DNA of 32,000 nucleotides. Source: Bifidobacterium longum subsp. longum JCM 1217. GTDB lineage: Bacteria > Actinomycetota > Actinomycetes > Actinomycetales > Bifidobacteriaceae. The stretch is from positions 1,920,001 through 1,952,000 of the forward strand of contig NC_015067.1 of NCBI RefSeq assembly GCF_000196555.1, read 5' to 3'. The position numbers and the translations under genes are program-made. The stretch's first letter is position 1, and every line of letters starts with the position of its first letter. Positions 24,689 through 32,000 of this stretch are shown piece by piece. The notes beneath the pieces are model-generated. The model worked only from the letters and a program-made list of their open reading frames with translations. It searched no databases and was not told where the DNA came from.

Positions 24689-27100
24689 TCATTGTTCCAC
24701 ATCGATGATCGGGCTGCCGGCTGATACGGTTTTGCAGTCACCGCCGTTGTTGTCGCCGCTACCGTCGCCGATCAACGGCGTGACCACGGTCAGTTCAGCG
24801 GCGTTGACCACCGTCACCACCACCACAACGCTGTGCCCGGCCGCCGCGACTTTGCCGAAATCCACGGTGGCCAGTGGCTCTCCCGCCGCGATCCGCTCGC
24901 CTTTAGCCACGACCACAGCGAATCCCTCGCCATCCATATCGACGGTGTCAATGCCGATATGAACCAGCACCTCGATGCCGCCATCGGTTTTAATGCCGAA
25001 GGCATGGCCGGTTCGGGCCACGGTTTTCAGCATGCCACTGACCGGTGCGAGCACGGCTGTCTCACCGGTCGTCTCCGGCACGACGCCTACACCCTCCCCC
25101 AGCGCGCGGGAGGCGAACACCGGATCGCCAGTCGCTTCCAGATTCATCAACCGGCCGGCGACCGGCGACAGGATGGCGTTGGAGTCAGGAGTCCGATCGG
25201 AGGCAGGCCGCGATGGGGAATCTTCCGCAGACTCCGCATCCGACGATGTCGCGCCAATCCCTCTCACCGCATCCTGCGAGCGTACGTTCTCGCCCGCCGA
25301 GACCATCTGCGCCTCCGTGGCGCGCGGCGGCGTACGGTACCCGAACAGCACCGTCAGCACCATCGCCATTACAAACGCAACGGCGATGGACAGCGCGTAC
25401 ACCCACATTCTGTCAAACACCGGAATCGTCAGCAACGAGGAGAAGGCGAACGCCGTAGTCGTGACGCCCCGGACCATCTGACCGGATGGCAGCACGGACG
25501 GGAACAGCCAGCCAAGCACCGCGCTGGTCACGCCGCCGGCCGCGCAGCCGGCGAGCAGCCAGCGGTAGACGCGGCGGTGATGCAGATGGATGCCGTACAG
25601 GCTCAGTTCCGAAACGCCACCCAGCAATCCCGCGAGCAACGCCCCCACCGCGGTCTGCCGCATGGCCGAATCCTTGCCGCGTACGGCCAGCACGAGCACG
25701 CCAGCGGTGGCACCGAAGCAGGCAAAGTTCCATACACCCATCGGACCTTGGACGAAATCGTAGCCGAGCGCCTGAATGTTCATCAGCATCAGGGCATTCA
25801 ACGGCCAGTGCAGACCGAGCGGCACGAGAAACGGGTAGAGCATCGGGATGATGAGCGCGAATAGGAACGGCACGTGCGCGTTAAGCCATGCTGTGGCCGC
25901 TCCCAGCCCACCGCCGAGCCATATTCCCAGAGGCCCGATAACCAGTATGGTGAGCGCAAAAACGACGACCAGTGAGAGGAATGGCACGAACACCAGCTGT
26001 ACGCTGTCGGGAATGACGCGCTTCAACCCGTGGTAGACCACGGCGAGCACGGCAGCCATGAGCAACGGCACGAAGACGTTGCCGCCGTAGTCGTTGAGTT
26101 GAATCGGTATGCCGAACGCCGACACGGTGCAGGTTTCGGTGCCGAATACGGCGTTGGCCGAGCATTGAATCGCCCCGGAGAGGGCGCTGGATACGGACGT
26201 CCCGGACATTCCGGACATCACGCCAGTAAACTGCGGGGTCATCAGCGCGGCCATAATCGCGCCGCCGAGCCAGGGGTCGACGTCCAGTTTCTTGGCCGCA
26301 TTGTAGGCGATCATAATCGGCAGAACGGTGAACACACCCTCCCAAATCGCCTTGAGTAGTATCCAACCGGTGGACGTCTCGCCATCAGGCACAATGCCGA
26401 GTGCAACGATCACGTTGACGATGGCGATGACCAGCGAGGCACCGAGTAGCACGCCCAGAATCGGGCGGAACGAGTCGGACAGGTAGTCGAAAAACGCGGC
26501 AGCCCGGGCACGGGCGGCACTGCCCCACTCGCGGATGGTACGAGGCATGAAGTGACGGGATGTATTGGCTGGGCCGTGACTCTGCTCGGTGTCGGTATCG
26601 CGCAATGGTGCGACGTCGTCGGAAAGGTTCGGCGCGGACTGCGTAGGCTGCGTAGGCTGAGTGGATTGCGTTGACTGAGTGGATTGCGTTGACTGAGTGG
26701 ATTGCGTTGACTGAGTGGATTGCGTTGACTGAGTGGATTGCGTTGACTGAGTGGATTGCGTTGACTGAGTGGATTGCGCGGACTGCGTTGGCCGCGACGC
26801 CGCCGATGGTAATTGCGTTGCCGGAGTCAATCGCGCTGCCTGCATCCGAACGATCTGCTCGTACACCGAGGCGACCGCTCCGCCGATGATGACCTGATAA
26901 CGATTGCCGGTTCGCGGGAATGCGCCGAGGACTCCGGGGATGGATTCGAGACCGTGCTGGCTGACCTGGCCGGCGTCGTCCAGTTCGAAGTGCAGTCGCG
27001 TGGCGCAATGGGTCAGGTTGGTGATGTTCGCGGAGCCGCCGACGGCATCAACGATGCACGCCGCAATCACTGCAGGCGTTGCGTTCGATGCGTTCGCCAC
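24689..27100 (-). CDS. ptsG: PTS glucose/beta-glucoside-family permease, fused EIIB-EIIC-EIIA
   Basis: The preferred start is GTG 27100, 5 nt after AAGGAGG. The EIIB site is ITNLTHCATRLHFEL and the EIIC core is polytopic. The EIIA region is GHAFGIKTDGGIEVLVHIGIDTVDMDGEGF. The protein is about 803 aa. The gene symbol follows my memory of the B. longum literature. Confidence 0.9.
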   Translation of the reverse strand: MANASNATPAVIAACIVDAVGGSANITNLTHCATRLHFELDDAGQVSQHGLESIPGVLGAFPRTGNRYQVIIGGAVASVYEQIVRMQAARLTPATQLPSAASRPTQSAQSTQSTQSTQSTQSTQSTQSTQSTQSTQSTQSTQSTQSTQPTQPTQSAPNLSDDVAPLRDTDTEQSHGPANTSRHFMPRTIREWGSAARARAAAFFDYLSDSFRPILGVLLGASLVIAIVNVIVALGIVPDGETSTGWILLKAIWEGVFTVLPIMIAYNAAKKLDVDPWLGGAIMAALMTPQFTGVMSGMSGTSVSSALSGAIQCSANAVFGTETCTVSAFGIPIQLNDYGGNVFVPLLMAAVLAVVYHGLKRVIPDSVQLVFVPFLSLVVVFALTILVIGPLGIWLGGGLGAATAWLNAHVPFLFALIIPMLYPFLVPLGLHWPLNALMLMNIQALGYDFVQGPMGVWNFACFGATAGVLVLAVRGKDSAMRQTAVGALLAGLLGGVSELSLYGIHLHHRRVYRWLLAGCAAGGVTSAVLGWLFPSVLPSGQMVRGVTTTAFAFSSLLTIPVFDRMWVYALSIAVAFVMAMVLTVLFGYRTPPRATEAQMVSAGENVRSQDAVRGIGATSSDAESAEDSPSRPASDRTPDSNAILSPVAGRLMNLEATGDPVFASRALGEGVGVVPETTGETAVLAPVSGMLKTVARTGHAFGIKTDGGIEVLVHIGIDTVDMDGEGFAVVVAKGERIAAGEPLATVDFGKVAAAGHSVVVVVTVVNAAELTVVTPLIGDGSGDNNGGDCKTVSAGSPIIDVEQ
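26639..26782. repeat. Coding tandem repeat: two copies of 9 bp plus six perfect and one degenerate copy of an 18-bp unit, in the EIIB-EIIC linker
   Basis: CTGCGTAGG occurs twice. CTGAGTGGATTGCGTTGA then starts at 26657, 26675, 26693, 26711, 26729 and 26747, with a degenerate copy at 26765. On the minus strand the block encodes SAQ-(STQ)12-PTQ-PTQ. Confidence 0.95.
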
Positions 27101-27399
27101 GGTTCCTCCTTGCTGCCGTATGCCACTGTGTTCCATTATCGGCGCTGGGTGCCCCAAAAGCACGGCAATGCCGGCAAAGCATCGCGAAACGGCAACTATG
27201 CGCTACGGTGCTCCGCGATAGCGTTCCGCTATGGTGTTCCGCCGCACCCGTTCTCCGTATTTGCCGCAGCGCCCATTCCGACTTCATTCCACCATGCAGA
27301 ATCCTGCAATCGTTGTCAAAAATCATCGTTTTTTGCCGCCTATTCGGAGTGTCGCGACCGAGAAAGTCGTATCCTATCTTTCACACACGTTGCGTAGCA

Positions 27400-27427
27400 G
27401 GGTTGTTACTCAAAATGAGGCAAGACC
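27400..27427 (+). promoter_or_regulatory. Ribonucleic antiterminator (RAT) site in the glcP leader
   Basis: GGGTTGTTACTCAAAATGAGGCAAGACC compares with the BglG/SacY/LicT RAT consensus GGNTTGTTACTG-loop-CAGGCAARACC. The apical stem is CTCA/TGAG. The 3' nucleotides GACC are shared with the terminator stem that starts at 27424. Confidence 0.8.
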
Positions 27428-27495
27428 TGGAGTGACGTGGAATTTGCGTATCGTAATATGCGAATTCCACGTTGTTCCAGGTCTTTTTTTGTTTT
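27424..27495 (+). terminator. Intrinsic terminator (conditional, RAT-controlled) upstream of glcP
   Basis: A 27-bp uninterrupted helix (27424-27450 pairing with 27457-27483, including five G-U pairs) has loop TCGTAA and is followed by TTTTTTTGTTTT (27484-27495). It lies about 90 nt upstream of the glcP ATG. Confidence 0.85.
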
Positions 27496-27586
27496 CGGGC
27501 GACTTCAGGCAATCGAAGCCTGACCTTGCATGCGGCAGAGGGGCCACGCGGCAGGCGCGGCCCGTCAACGGCGAAAGGACAAGGCA

Positions 27587-29140
27587 ATGACGACGACAAC
27601 GGCATCACCCGTATCGAAGCAGACGGCATCCGCGGCACAGGAGACCGGCGCAACCGGTGCAGCGGCCACCGCAATCGAAACCATCGAAACCGGCGTGGCC
27701 GGGGTGGCGGACGCGGCCACAAACGCGGCAGCAAACGCAATCGAGGACCTCGAAGCCGCCGAATCACGCGGCTTCTCCACGCGCTTCCCGCTCAACAGCG
27801 CATTCATCTTCACCTTCGGCGCGCTCGGCGGCATGCTGTTCGGTTTCGACACCGGCATCATCTCCGGCGCCTCCCCGCTTATCGAATCAGACTTCGGCCT
27901 GAGCGTCTCCCAGACCGGCTTCATCACCTCCTCGGTGCTGATCGGCTCGTGCGCAGGTGCGTTGTCGATCGGCGCACTGTCTGACCGGTTCGGCCGCAAG
28001 AAGCTGCTCATCGTCTCCGCGCTGCTGTTCCTGCTCGGCTCAGGCCTGTGCGCCTCCTCCACCGGATTCGCGATGATGGTGTGCGCCCGCATCATCCTGG
28101 GCCTCGCCGTCGGCGCGGCCTCCGCCCTGACCCCGGCGTACTTGGCCGAACTGGCGCCGAAGGAGCGTCGCGGCTCACTGTCCACGCTCTTCCAGCTCAT
28201 GGTCACCTTCGGCATTCTGCTGGCCTACGCCTCCAACCTCGGATTCCTGAACCACAACCTCTTCGGCATCCGCGACTGGCGCTGGATGCTCGGTTCGGCG
28301 CTGGTGCCGGCCGCCTTGTTGCTGCTCGGCGGCCTGCTGCTGCCCGAATCCCCGCGTTATCTGGTGAACAAGGGCGACACCCGCAACGCCTTCAAAGTGC
28401 TTACGCTGATTCGCAAGGACGTGGATCAGACCCAGGTGCAGATTGAGCTGGACGAAATCAAGGCCGTGGCCGCACAGGACACCAAGGGTGGCGTGCGCGA
28501 ACTGTTCCGTATCGCTCGTCCAGCGCTGGTGGCCGCCATTGGCATCATGCTGTTCCAGCAGCTCGTGGGCATCAACTCGGTGATCTACTTCCTGCCGCAG
28601 GTGTTCATCAAAGGCTTCGGCTTCCCTGAAGGCGACGCAATCTGGGTGTCGGTGGGCATCGGCGTGGTGAACTTCGTGAGCACCATCGTGGCCACGCTTA
28701 TCATGGATCGTTTCCCGCGCAAGGGCGTGCTGATCTTCGGTTCCATCGTGATGACCGTTTCGCTCGCAGTGCTCGCCGTGATGAACTTCGTGGGCGACGT
28801 GGCCGTGCTGGCCGTGCCGACGATGATTCTCATCGCTTTCTATATCCTCGGCTTTGCGGTCTCGTGGGGCCCGATCGCCTGGGTGCTTATCGGCGAGATC
28901 TTCCCGCTGAGCGTGCGCGGCATCGGCTCCTCCTTCGGCTCGGCGGCGAACTGGCTGGGCAACTTCATCGTCTCCCAGTTCTTCCTCGTGCTGCTCGATG
29001 CGTTCGGCAACAATGTGGGCGGCCCGTTCGCGATTTTCGGCGTGTTTTCGGCCCTGTCCATCCCGTTCGTGATGCGCTTGGTGCCCGAGACCAACGGCAA
29101 GTCGCTGGAGGAAATCGAGGAGGAAATGACCAAGCGCTAG
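27587..29140 (+). CDS. glcP: Sugar-porter-family MFS transporter (glucose/H+ symporter)
   Basis: ATG 27587 follows GAAAGGACAAGG. The protein is 517 aa. Sugar-porter signatures are GRKKLLIVSALLFLLG, PESPRYL and PETNGKSLEEIEEEM. It has 12 TM helices and an Ala/Thr-rich N-terminal extension of about 60 aa. Confidence 0.9.
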   Translation: MTTTTASPVSKQTASAAQETGATGAAATAIETIETGVAGVADAATNAAANAIEDLEAAESRGFSTRFPLNSAFIFTFGALGGMLFGFDTGIISGASPLIESDFGLSVSQTGFITSSVLIGSCAGALSIGALSDRFGRKKLLIVSALLFLLGSGLCASSTGFAMMVCARIILGLAVGAASALTPAYLAELAPKERRGSLSTLFQLMVTFGILLAYASNLGFLNHNLFGIRDWRWMLGSALVPAALLLLGGLLLPESPRYLVNKGDTRNAFKVLTLIRKDVDQTQVQIELDEIKAVAAQDTKGGVRELFRIARPALVAAIGIMLFQQLVGINSVIYFLPQVFIKGFGFPEGDAIWVSVGIGVVNFVSTIVATLIMDRFPRKGVLIFGSIVMTVSLAVLAVMNFVGDVAVLAVPTMILIAFYILGFAVSWGPIAWVLIGEIFPLSVRGIGSSFGSAANWLGNFIVSQFFLVLLDAFGNNVGGPFAIFGVFSALSIPFVMRLVPETNGKSLEEIEEEMTKR

Positions 29141-29227
29141 ACAACCGGCACACGATTCGCACAAAAGTTGACAACTCTTAACATAATCGTACCCAACGTG
29201 GCGAAAAAACGTGGCAGAATAGGGAGC

Positions 29228-30904
29228 ATGGTAGCAAACAATGCGGGTCAGCCCGCCACCCCAGCAGATCTGATCAATGTCGATGAGGTTATCGGCAAAT
29301 ACTATGACCTCGTCCCCGATCCCGAAGTCCCCGAGCAGCGTGTCATCTTCGGCACCTCCGGCCACCGCGGATCGTCCCTGAAGACCTCGTTCAACGAGGC
29401 CCACATCATCGCCATCTCCCAGGCCATCGCCGAATACCGCAAGAAGGCCGGCGTCACCGGCCCGCTGTACCTCGGCTCCGACACCCACGCGCTGTCCGGC
29501 CCGGCCAAGAAGACCGCCATCGAGGTGCTCGTCGCCAACGGCGTGCACGTGCGCGTCGATTCCCGTGACGACTTCGTGCCCACCCCGGTGGTCTCCCAGG
29601 CCATCCTGACCCACAACCGTGCGGCCGACGGCACCCAGCGCTTCGAGGGCGAGGGCCTCGCCGACGGCATCGTCGTCACGCCGTCCCACAACCCGCCCAC
29701 CGACGGTGGCTTCAAGTACGACCCCGTCACCGGCGGCCCGGCTCCGGCCGAGACCACCAATGCCATCGCCGCTCGCGCCAACGAGCTGCTCGGCGACTTC
29801 AAGTCCATCAAGCGTGTGCCCTACGAGGAGGCCATCAAGTCCGAGTACGTCGAGGGCTTCGACTTCCGCGAGCACTACGTGGACGACCTGGAGAACGTCA
29901 TCGACTTCGACGTGATCCGCAACTCCGGCGTGCGTCTGGGCATCGATCCGCTCGGCGGCGCTTCCGTGAACTACTGGCCGCTCATCAACGAGAAGTACGG
30001 CCTGAACATCGGCGTGGTGCGTCCTGAGGTCGACCCGACCTGGCGCTTCATGACCATCGACCACGACGGCAAGATCCGCATGGACCCGTCTTCCCCGTAC
30101 GCCATGAAGGGCCTGGTCGACGAGCTCAACGCCGGCGCTTGGGACAAGTACGATCTGGTCGGCGGCACCGACCCGGACGCCGACCGTCACGGCATCGTCT
30201 GCCCGAACTGGGGCGTGATGAACCCGAACCACTACATCGCCGTGTGCGTGGAGTACCTGTTCGGCGGCAACCGTCCGGGCTGGCCTGAGGGCGCAGCCGT
30301 GGGCAAGACGCTGGTCTCCTCTTCCCTGATCGACCGCGTGGCCGCATCGATCAACGCGAAGGTCATCGAAGTGCCGGTGGGCTTCAAGTGGTTCGTGGAC
30401 CCGCTGTTCAGCGGCGAAGTCGCCTTCGGCGGCGAGGAGAGCTCCGGCATGAGCTTCCTGCGCAAGGACGGCCGCGTGTGGACCACCGATAAGGATGGTC
30501 TGATCCCCGACCTGCTGGCCGCCGAGATCACCGCCAAGACCGGCAAGAACCCGGCCCAGCTTCACCAGGAGCAGGTCGAGCGCTTCGGCGAGTCTTGGTA
30601 CAAGCGCGTCGACACCCCGACCACGCTGGAGCAGAAGGCCAAGTTCGCCAAGCTGACCGGTGATGATGTGGCCGCCACGCAGCTGGCTGGCGAAGACATC
30701 ACCGCCAAGCTGACCGAGGCACCGGGCAACCACGCCAAGATCGGCGGTCTGAAGGTCACCACCAAGGACAACTGGTTCGCCGCCCGCCCCTCCGGCACCG
30801 AGAACATCTACAAGGTGTACGCCGAGTCTTTCGTCTCCCCCGAGGCTCTGGACAAGGTGCTCGACGAGGCCACCGTCGTGGTAGACAAGGCCCTGAGCGA
30901 GTGA
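29228..30904 (+). CDS. pgm: Phosphoglucomutase (alpha-D-glucose-phosphate specific)
   Basis: ATG 29228 follows AGGGAG. The protein is 558 aa. The active-site Ser loop is VVTPSHNPPTDGGFKY, the metal loop is GGTDPDADRHGIV and the sugar loop is GGEESSG. Confidence 0.95.
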   Translation: MVANNAGQPATPADLINVDEVIGKYYDLVPDPEVPEQRVIFGTSGHRGSSLKTSFNEAHIIAISQAIAEYRKKAGVTGPLYLGSDTHALSGPAKKTAIEVLVANGVHVRVDSRDDFVPTPVVSQAILTHNRAADGTQRFEGEGLADGIVVTPSHNPPTDGGFKYDPVTGGPAPAETTNAIAARANELLGDFKSIKRVPYEEAIKSEYVEGFDFREHYVDDLENVIDFDVIRNSGVRLGIDPLGGASVNYWPLINEKYGLNIGVVRPEVDPTWRFMTIDHDGKIRMDPSSPYAMKGLVDELNAGAWDKYDLVGGTDPDADRHGIVCPNWGVMNPNHYIAVCVEYLFGGNRPGWPEGAAVGKTLVSSSLIDRVAASINAKVIEVPVGFKWFVDPLFSGEVAFGGEESSGMSFLRKDGRVWTTDKDGLIPDLLAAEITAKTGKNPAQLHQEQVERFGESWYKRVDTPTTLEQKAKFAKLTGDDVAATQLAGEDITAKLTEAPGNHAKIGGLKVTTKDNWFAARPSGTENIYKVYAESFVSPEALDKVLDEATVVVDKALSE

Positions 30905-30941
30905 AATCGCTGCGTTAGTCGCGTTCACCGCAACTAATAAG

Positions 30942-30982
30942 GCTCTGCATTGGATTCATACAATCCACTGCAGAGCTTTTTT
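30942..30982 (+). terminator. Rho-independent terminator of pgm
   Basis: GCTCTGCATTGGATT-CATAC-AATCCACTGCAGAGC is a 15-bp stem with one mismatch, followed by TTTTTT. Confidence 0.85.
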
Positions 30983-31070
30983 AGCGCATATGCAGTTCGC
31001 GACCACTGAAACACGCAGGTCAACGGTTCTCCTCATGCACCGTGACTGCATTTTCTCAACATCACTGCAG

Positions 31071-31408
31071 GGCAGGACGGCCAGATGACCGCGAAACGTT
31101 CGCCTGCCTACCATCATCATTGTGGGGTCACAGCGGCCAGATGACCGCCGAAGCGTTCGGTCGGCTTGCATCATGGTCGAGTTTTAACATCGTTGTGGGA
31201 CGCCACGACGAATTTGCCCATTCCAGAGTTGCCATCCCACAAAAGCGTGGGACAACAGCTAAGTCAATCGTTTTACATTTTCCCCCATCCCACACACTCA
31301 AACTGGAAACCCCGGAAAGACGCCATTCCTGCCACACCCGTCACAGCCATTACCCGAGGGGCCGTGGGACGCCACGCAAAAATCGGCAAAACACGCGTAG
31401 CGTCCCAC
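31071..31408. repeat. Non-coding cluster of GTGGGAC-type motifs and a duplicated 24/25-mer
   Basis: GTGGGACGCCACG occurs at 31195 and 31364. GTGGGAC occurs at 31247 and GTGGGGTCAC at 31122. Reverse-orientation copies lie at 31234-31240, 31288-31293 and 31402-31408. The duplicated segment CGGCCAGATGACCGC(C)GAA(A/G)CGTTCG occurs at 31078-31101 and 31135-31159. Confidence 0.6.
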
Positions 31409-31453
31409 ACCCATTGGCGCAAATCCACGCCCAATGCACCGCCCCCCCCCCCA

Positions 31454-32000
31454 ATCGACCACTATGACACAGGCGGGTTCTAGTGATCGTTGCAACACCT
31501 GACCTACCGCAAGGAGGGTCAGGTGACCAGAAGCCACCGAAACGAAGACCGTGGCGGGGAACACCGTTGGACGTTCAACGGCGTCGAATATCCGACGAGG
31601 AAGCTGATGTGCGAGGCGAGACGCGCCGAGTACGTGCGCCTGCTGGACGAGGAAGGCATGAACTTCACCCAGGCCGCGCACGCGGTCGGCGTCTCGAAAC
31701 GCACCGGCAAGGCGTGGCGCAACGGCAGGACGCGCGCCACGGGAAGGAACGAGAAACCCCTGGTGGACTGGTATCGTTCCACCATGGACAAACCCAAGAC
31801 CCTCCATCCGCGCTACCTGAGCCAGGAGGAGCGCATCCAGATCGCGGACCGTCTGCGTCTGGGCGATTCGATCCGCGCCATCGCCCGCCTGCTGGGCCGC
31901 GACCCCGGCACGGTCAGCCGCGAGGTCGAGCGCAACAGGAATCCCGAGTCCGGCGGTTACGAGCCTTACCGCGCCCAGCAGAAGGCCGCGGACCGGCTCA
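31454..32000 (+). mobile_element. IS30-family insertion sequence, left part (runs off the window); left boundary approximate
   Basis: It contains the transposase gene below. The boundary is placed just after a C11 homopolymer (31442-31452), about 70 bp upstream of the transposase start, as is typical for IS30 elements. The terminal inverted repeat cannot be verified without the right end. Confidence 0.55.
31523..32000 (+). CDS. IS30-family transposase, N-terminal 159 codons (3' end beyond the window)
   Basis: GTG 31523 lies 4 nt after AAGGAGGG and the frame is open to the window end, so it is absent from the ORF track. LSQEERIQIADRLRLGDSIRAIARLLGRDPGTVSREVERN is the characteristic IS30 HTH_38 motif. 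Confidence 0.85.
   Translation, partial: MTRSHRNEDRGGEHRWTFNGVEYPTRKLMCEARRAEYVRLLDEEGMNFTQAAHAVGVSKRTGKAWRNGRTRATGRNEKPLVDWYRSTMDKPKTLHPRYLSQEERIQIADRLRLGDSIRAIARLLGRDPGTVSREVERNRNPESGGYEPYRAQQKAADRL

Noticed and set aside
26639-26782. Possible CRISPR-like repeat array
   Set aside because: The 18-bp units are directly abutting with no spacers. They lie inside a coding frame and translate to a regular STQ peptide.
27289-27313. RAT-like string ACGATTGCAGGATTCTGCATGGTGG on the minus strand in the PTS leader
   Set aside because: Only the short CAG-GATT-CTG hairpin resembles a RAT. The flanking TTGTTAC and GGCAARACC blocks are missing, and no terminator overlaps it. I therefore do not call a RAT for the PTS gene itself.
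28175-30928. 917-aa minus-strand ORF spanning glcP and pgm
   Set aside because: This is the same artefact. It crosses an intergenic region and two well-supported + strand genes, and its composition (G, A, V, D, H, R) is that of an antisense frame.
31042-31483. ORFs of 141 and 105 aa between pgm and the IS30 element
   Set aside because: They have no RBS, Arg/His/Pro-rich composition and mixed GC3. They overlap the repeat array and are more likely non-coding.

Overview
This is a high-GC (about 60%) actinobacterial chromosome segment. Gene order and protein sequences match the Bifidobacterium longum group; that assignment is from memory, not a search. The centre of the window (10.2-20.1 kb, minus strand) is the galacto-N-biose/lacto-N-biose (GNB/LNB) utilisation cluster. 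It holds the lipoprotein binding protein, two ABC permeases, lacto-N-biose phosphorylase (GH112), N-acetylhexosamine 1-kinase, a GalT-type uridylyltransferase and UDP-glucose 4-epimerase. To the left lie a truncated MFS gene, a TPR-DUF4037 / DUF4125 pair of unknown function, and a PspC-type envelope module. That module is a PspC membrane protein, a small Thr/Asp-rich membrane protein and a membrane-anchored alpha/beta hydrolase, divergent from a PspC-histidine kinase and a LuxR-type response regulator. To the right lie tRNA-Ser(UGA), serS, a DAG-kinase-family lipid kinase, a PTS EIIBCA gene co-oriented with a BglG/LicT-type antiterminator, the divergent MFS glucose permease glcP, phosphoglucomutase, and the 5' part of an IS30-family element running off the window. 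No CRISPR array, rRNA or recognisable defence or toxin cassette is present. The strongest non-obvious signal is a near-consensus RAT overlapping a 27-bp terminator hairpin in the glcP leader, not in the PTS leader. This implies that the PTS-linked antiterminator gates a non-PTS permease. Other items worth a second look:
- the DUF4037/DUF4125 pair
- a family of CTCCCTCATCAGAGGGAG palindromic intergenic elements
- a 121-bp hairpin-module duplication inside the GNB/LNB cluster
- perfect 18-bp coding tandem repeats in the PTS linker
- a GTGGGAC motif array next to the IS30 insertion
Many long antisense ORFs in the track are GC-driven shadows.
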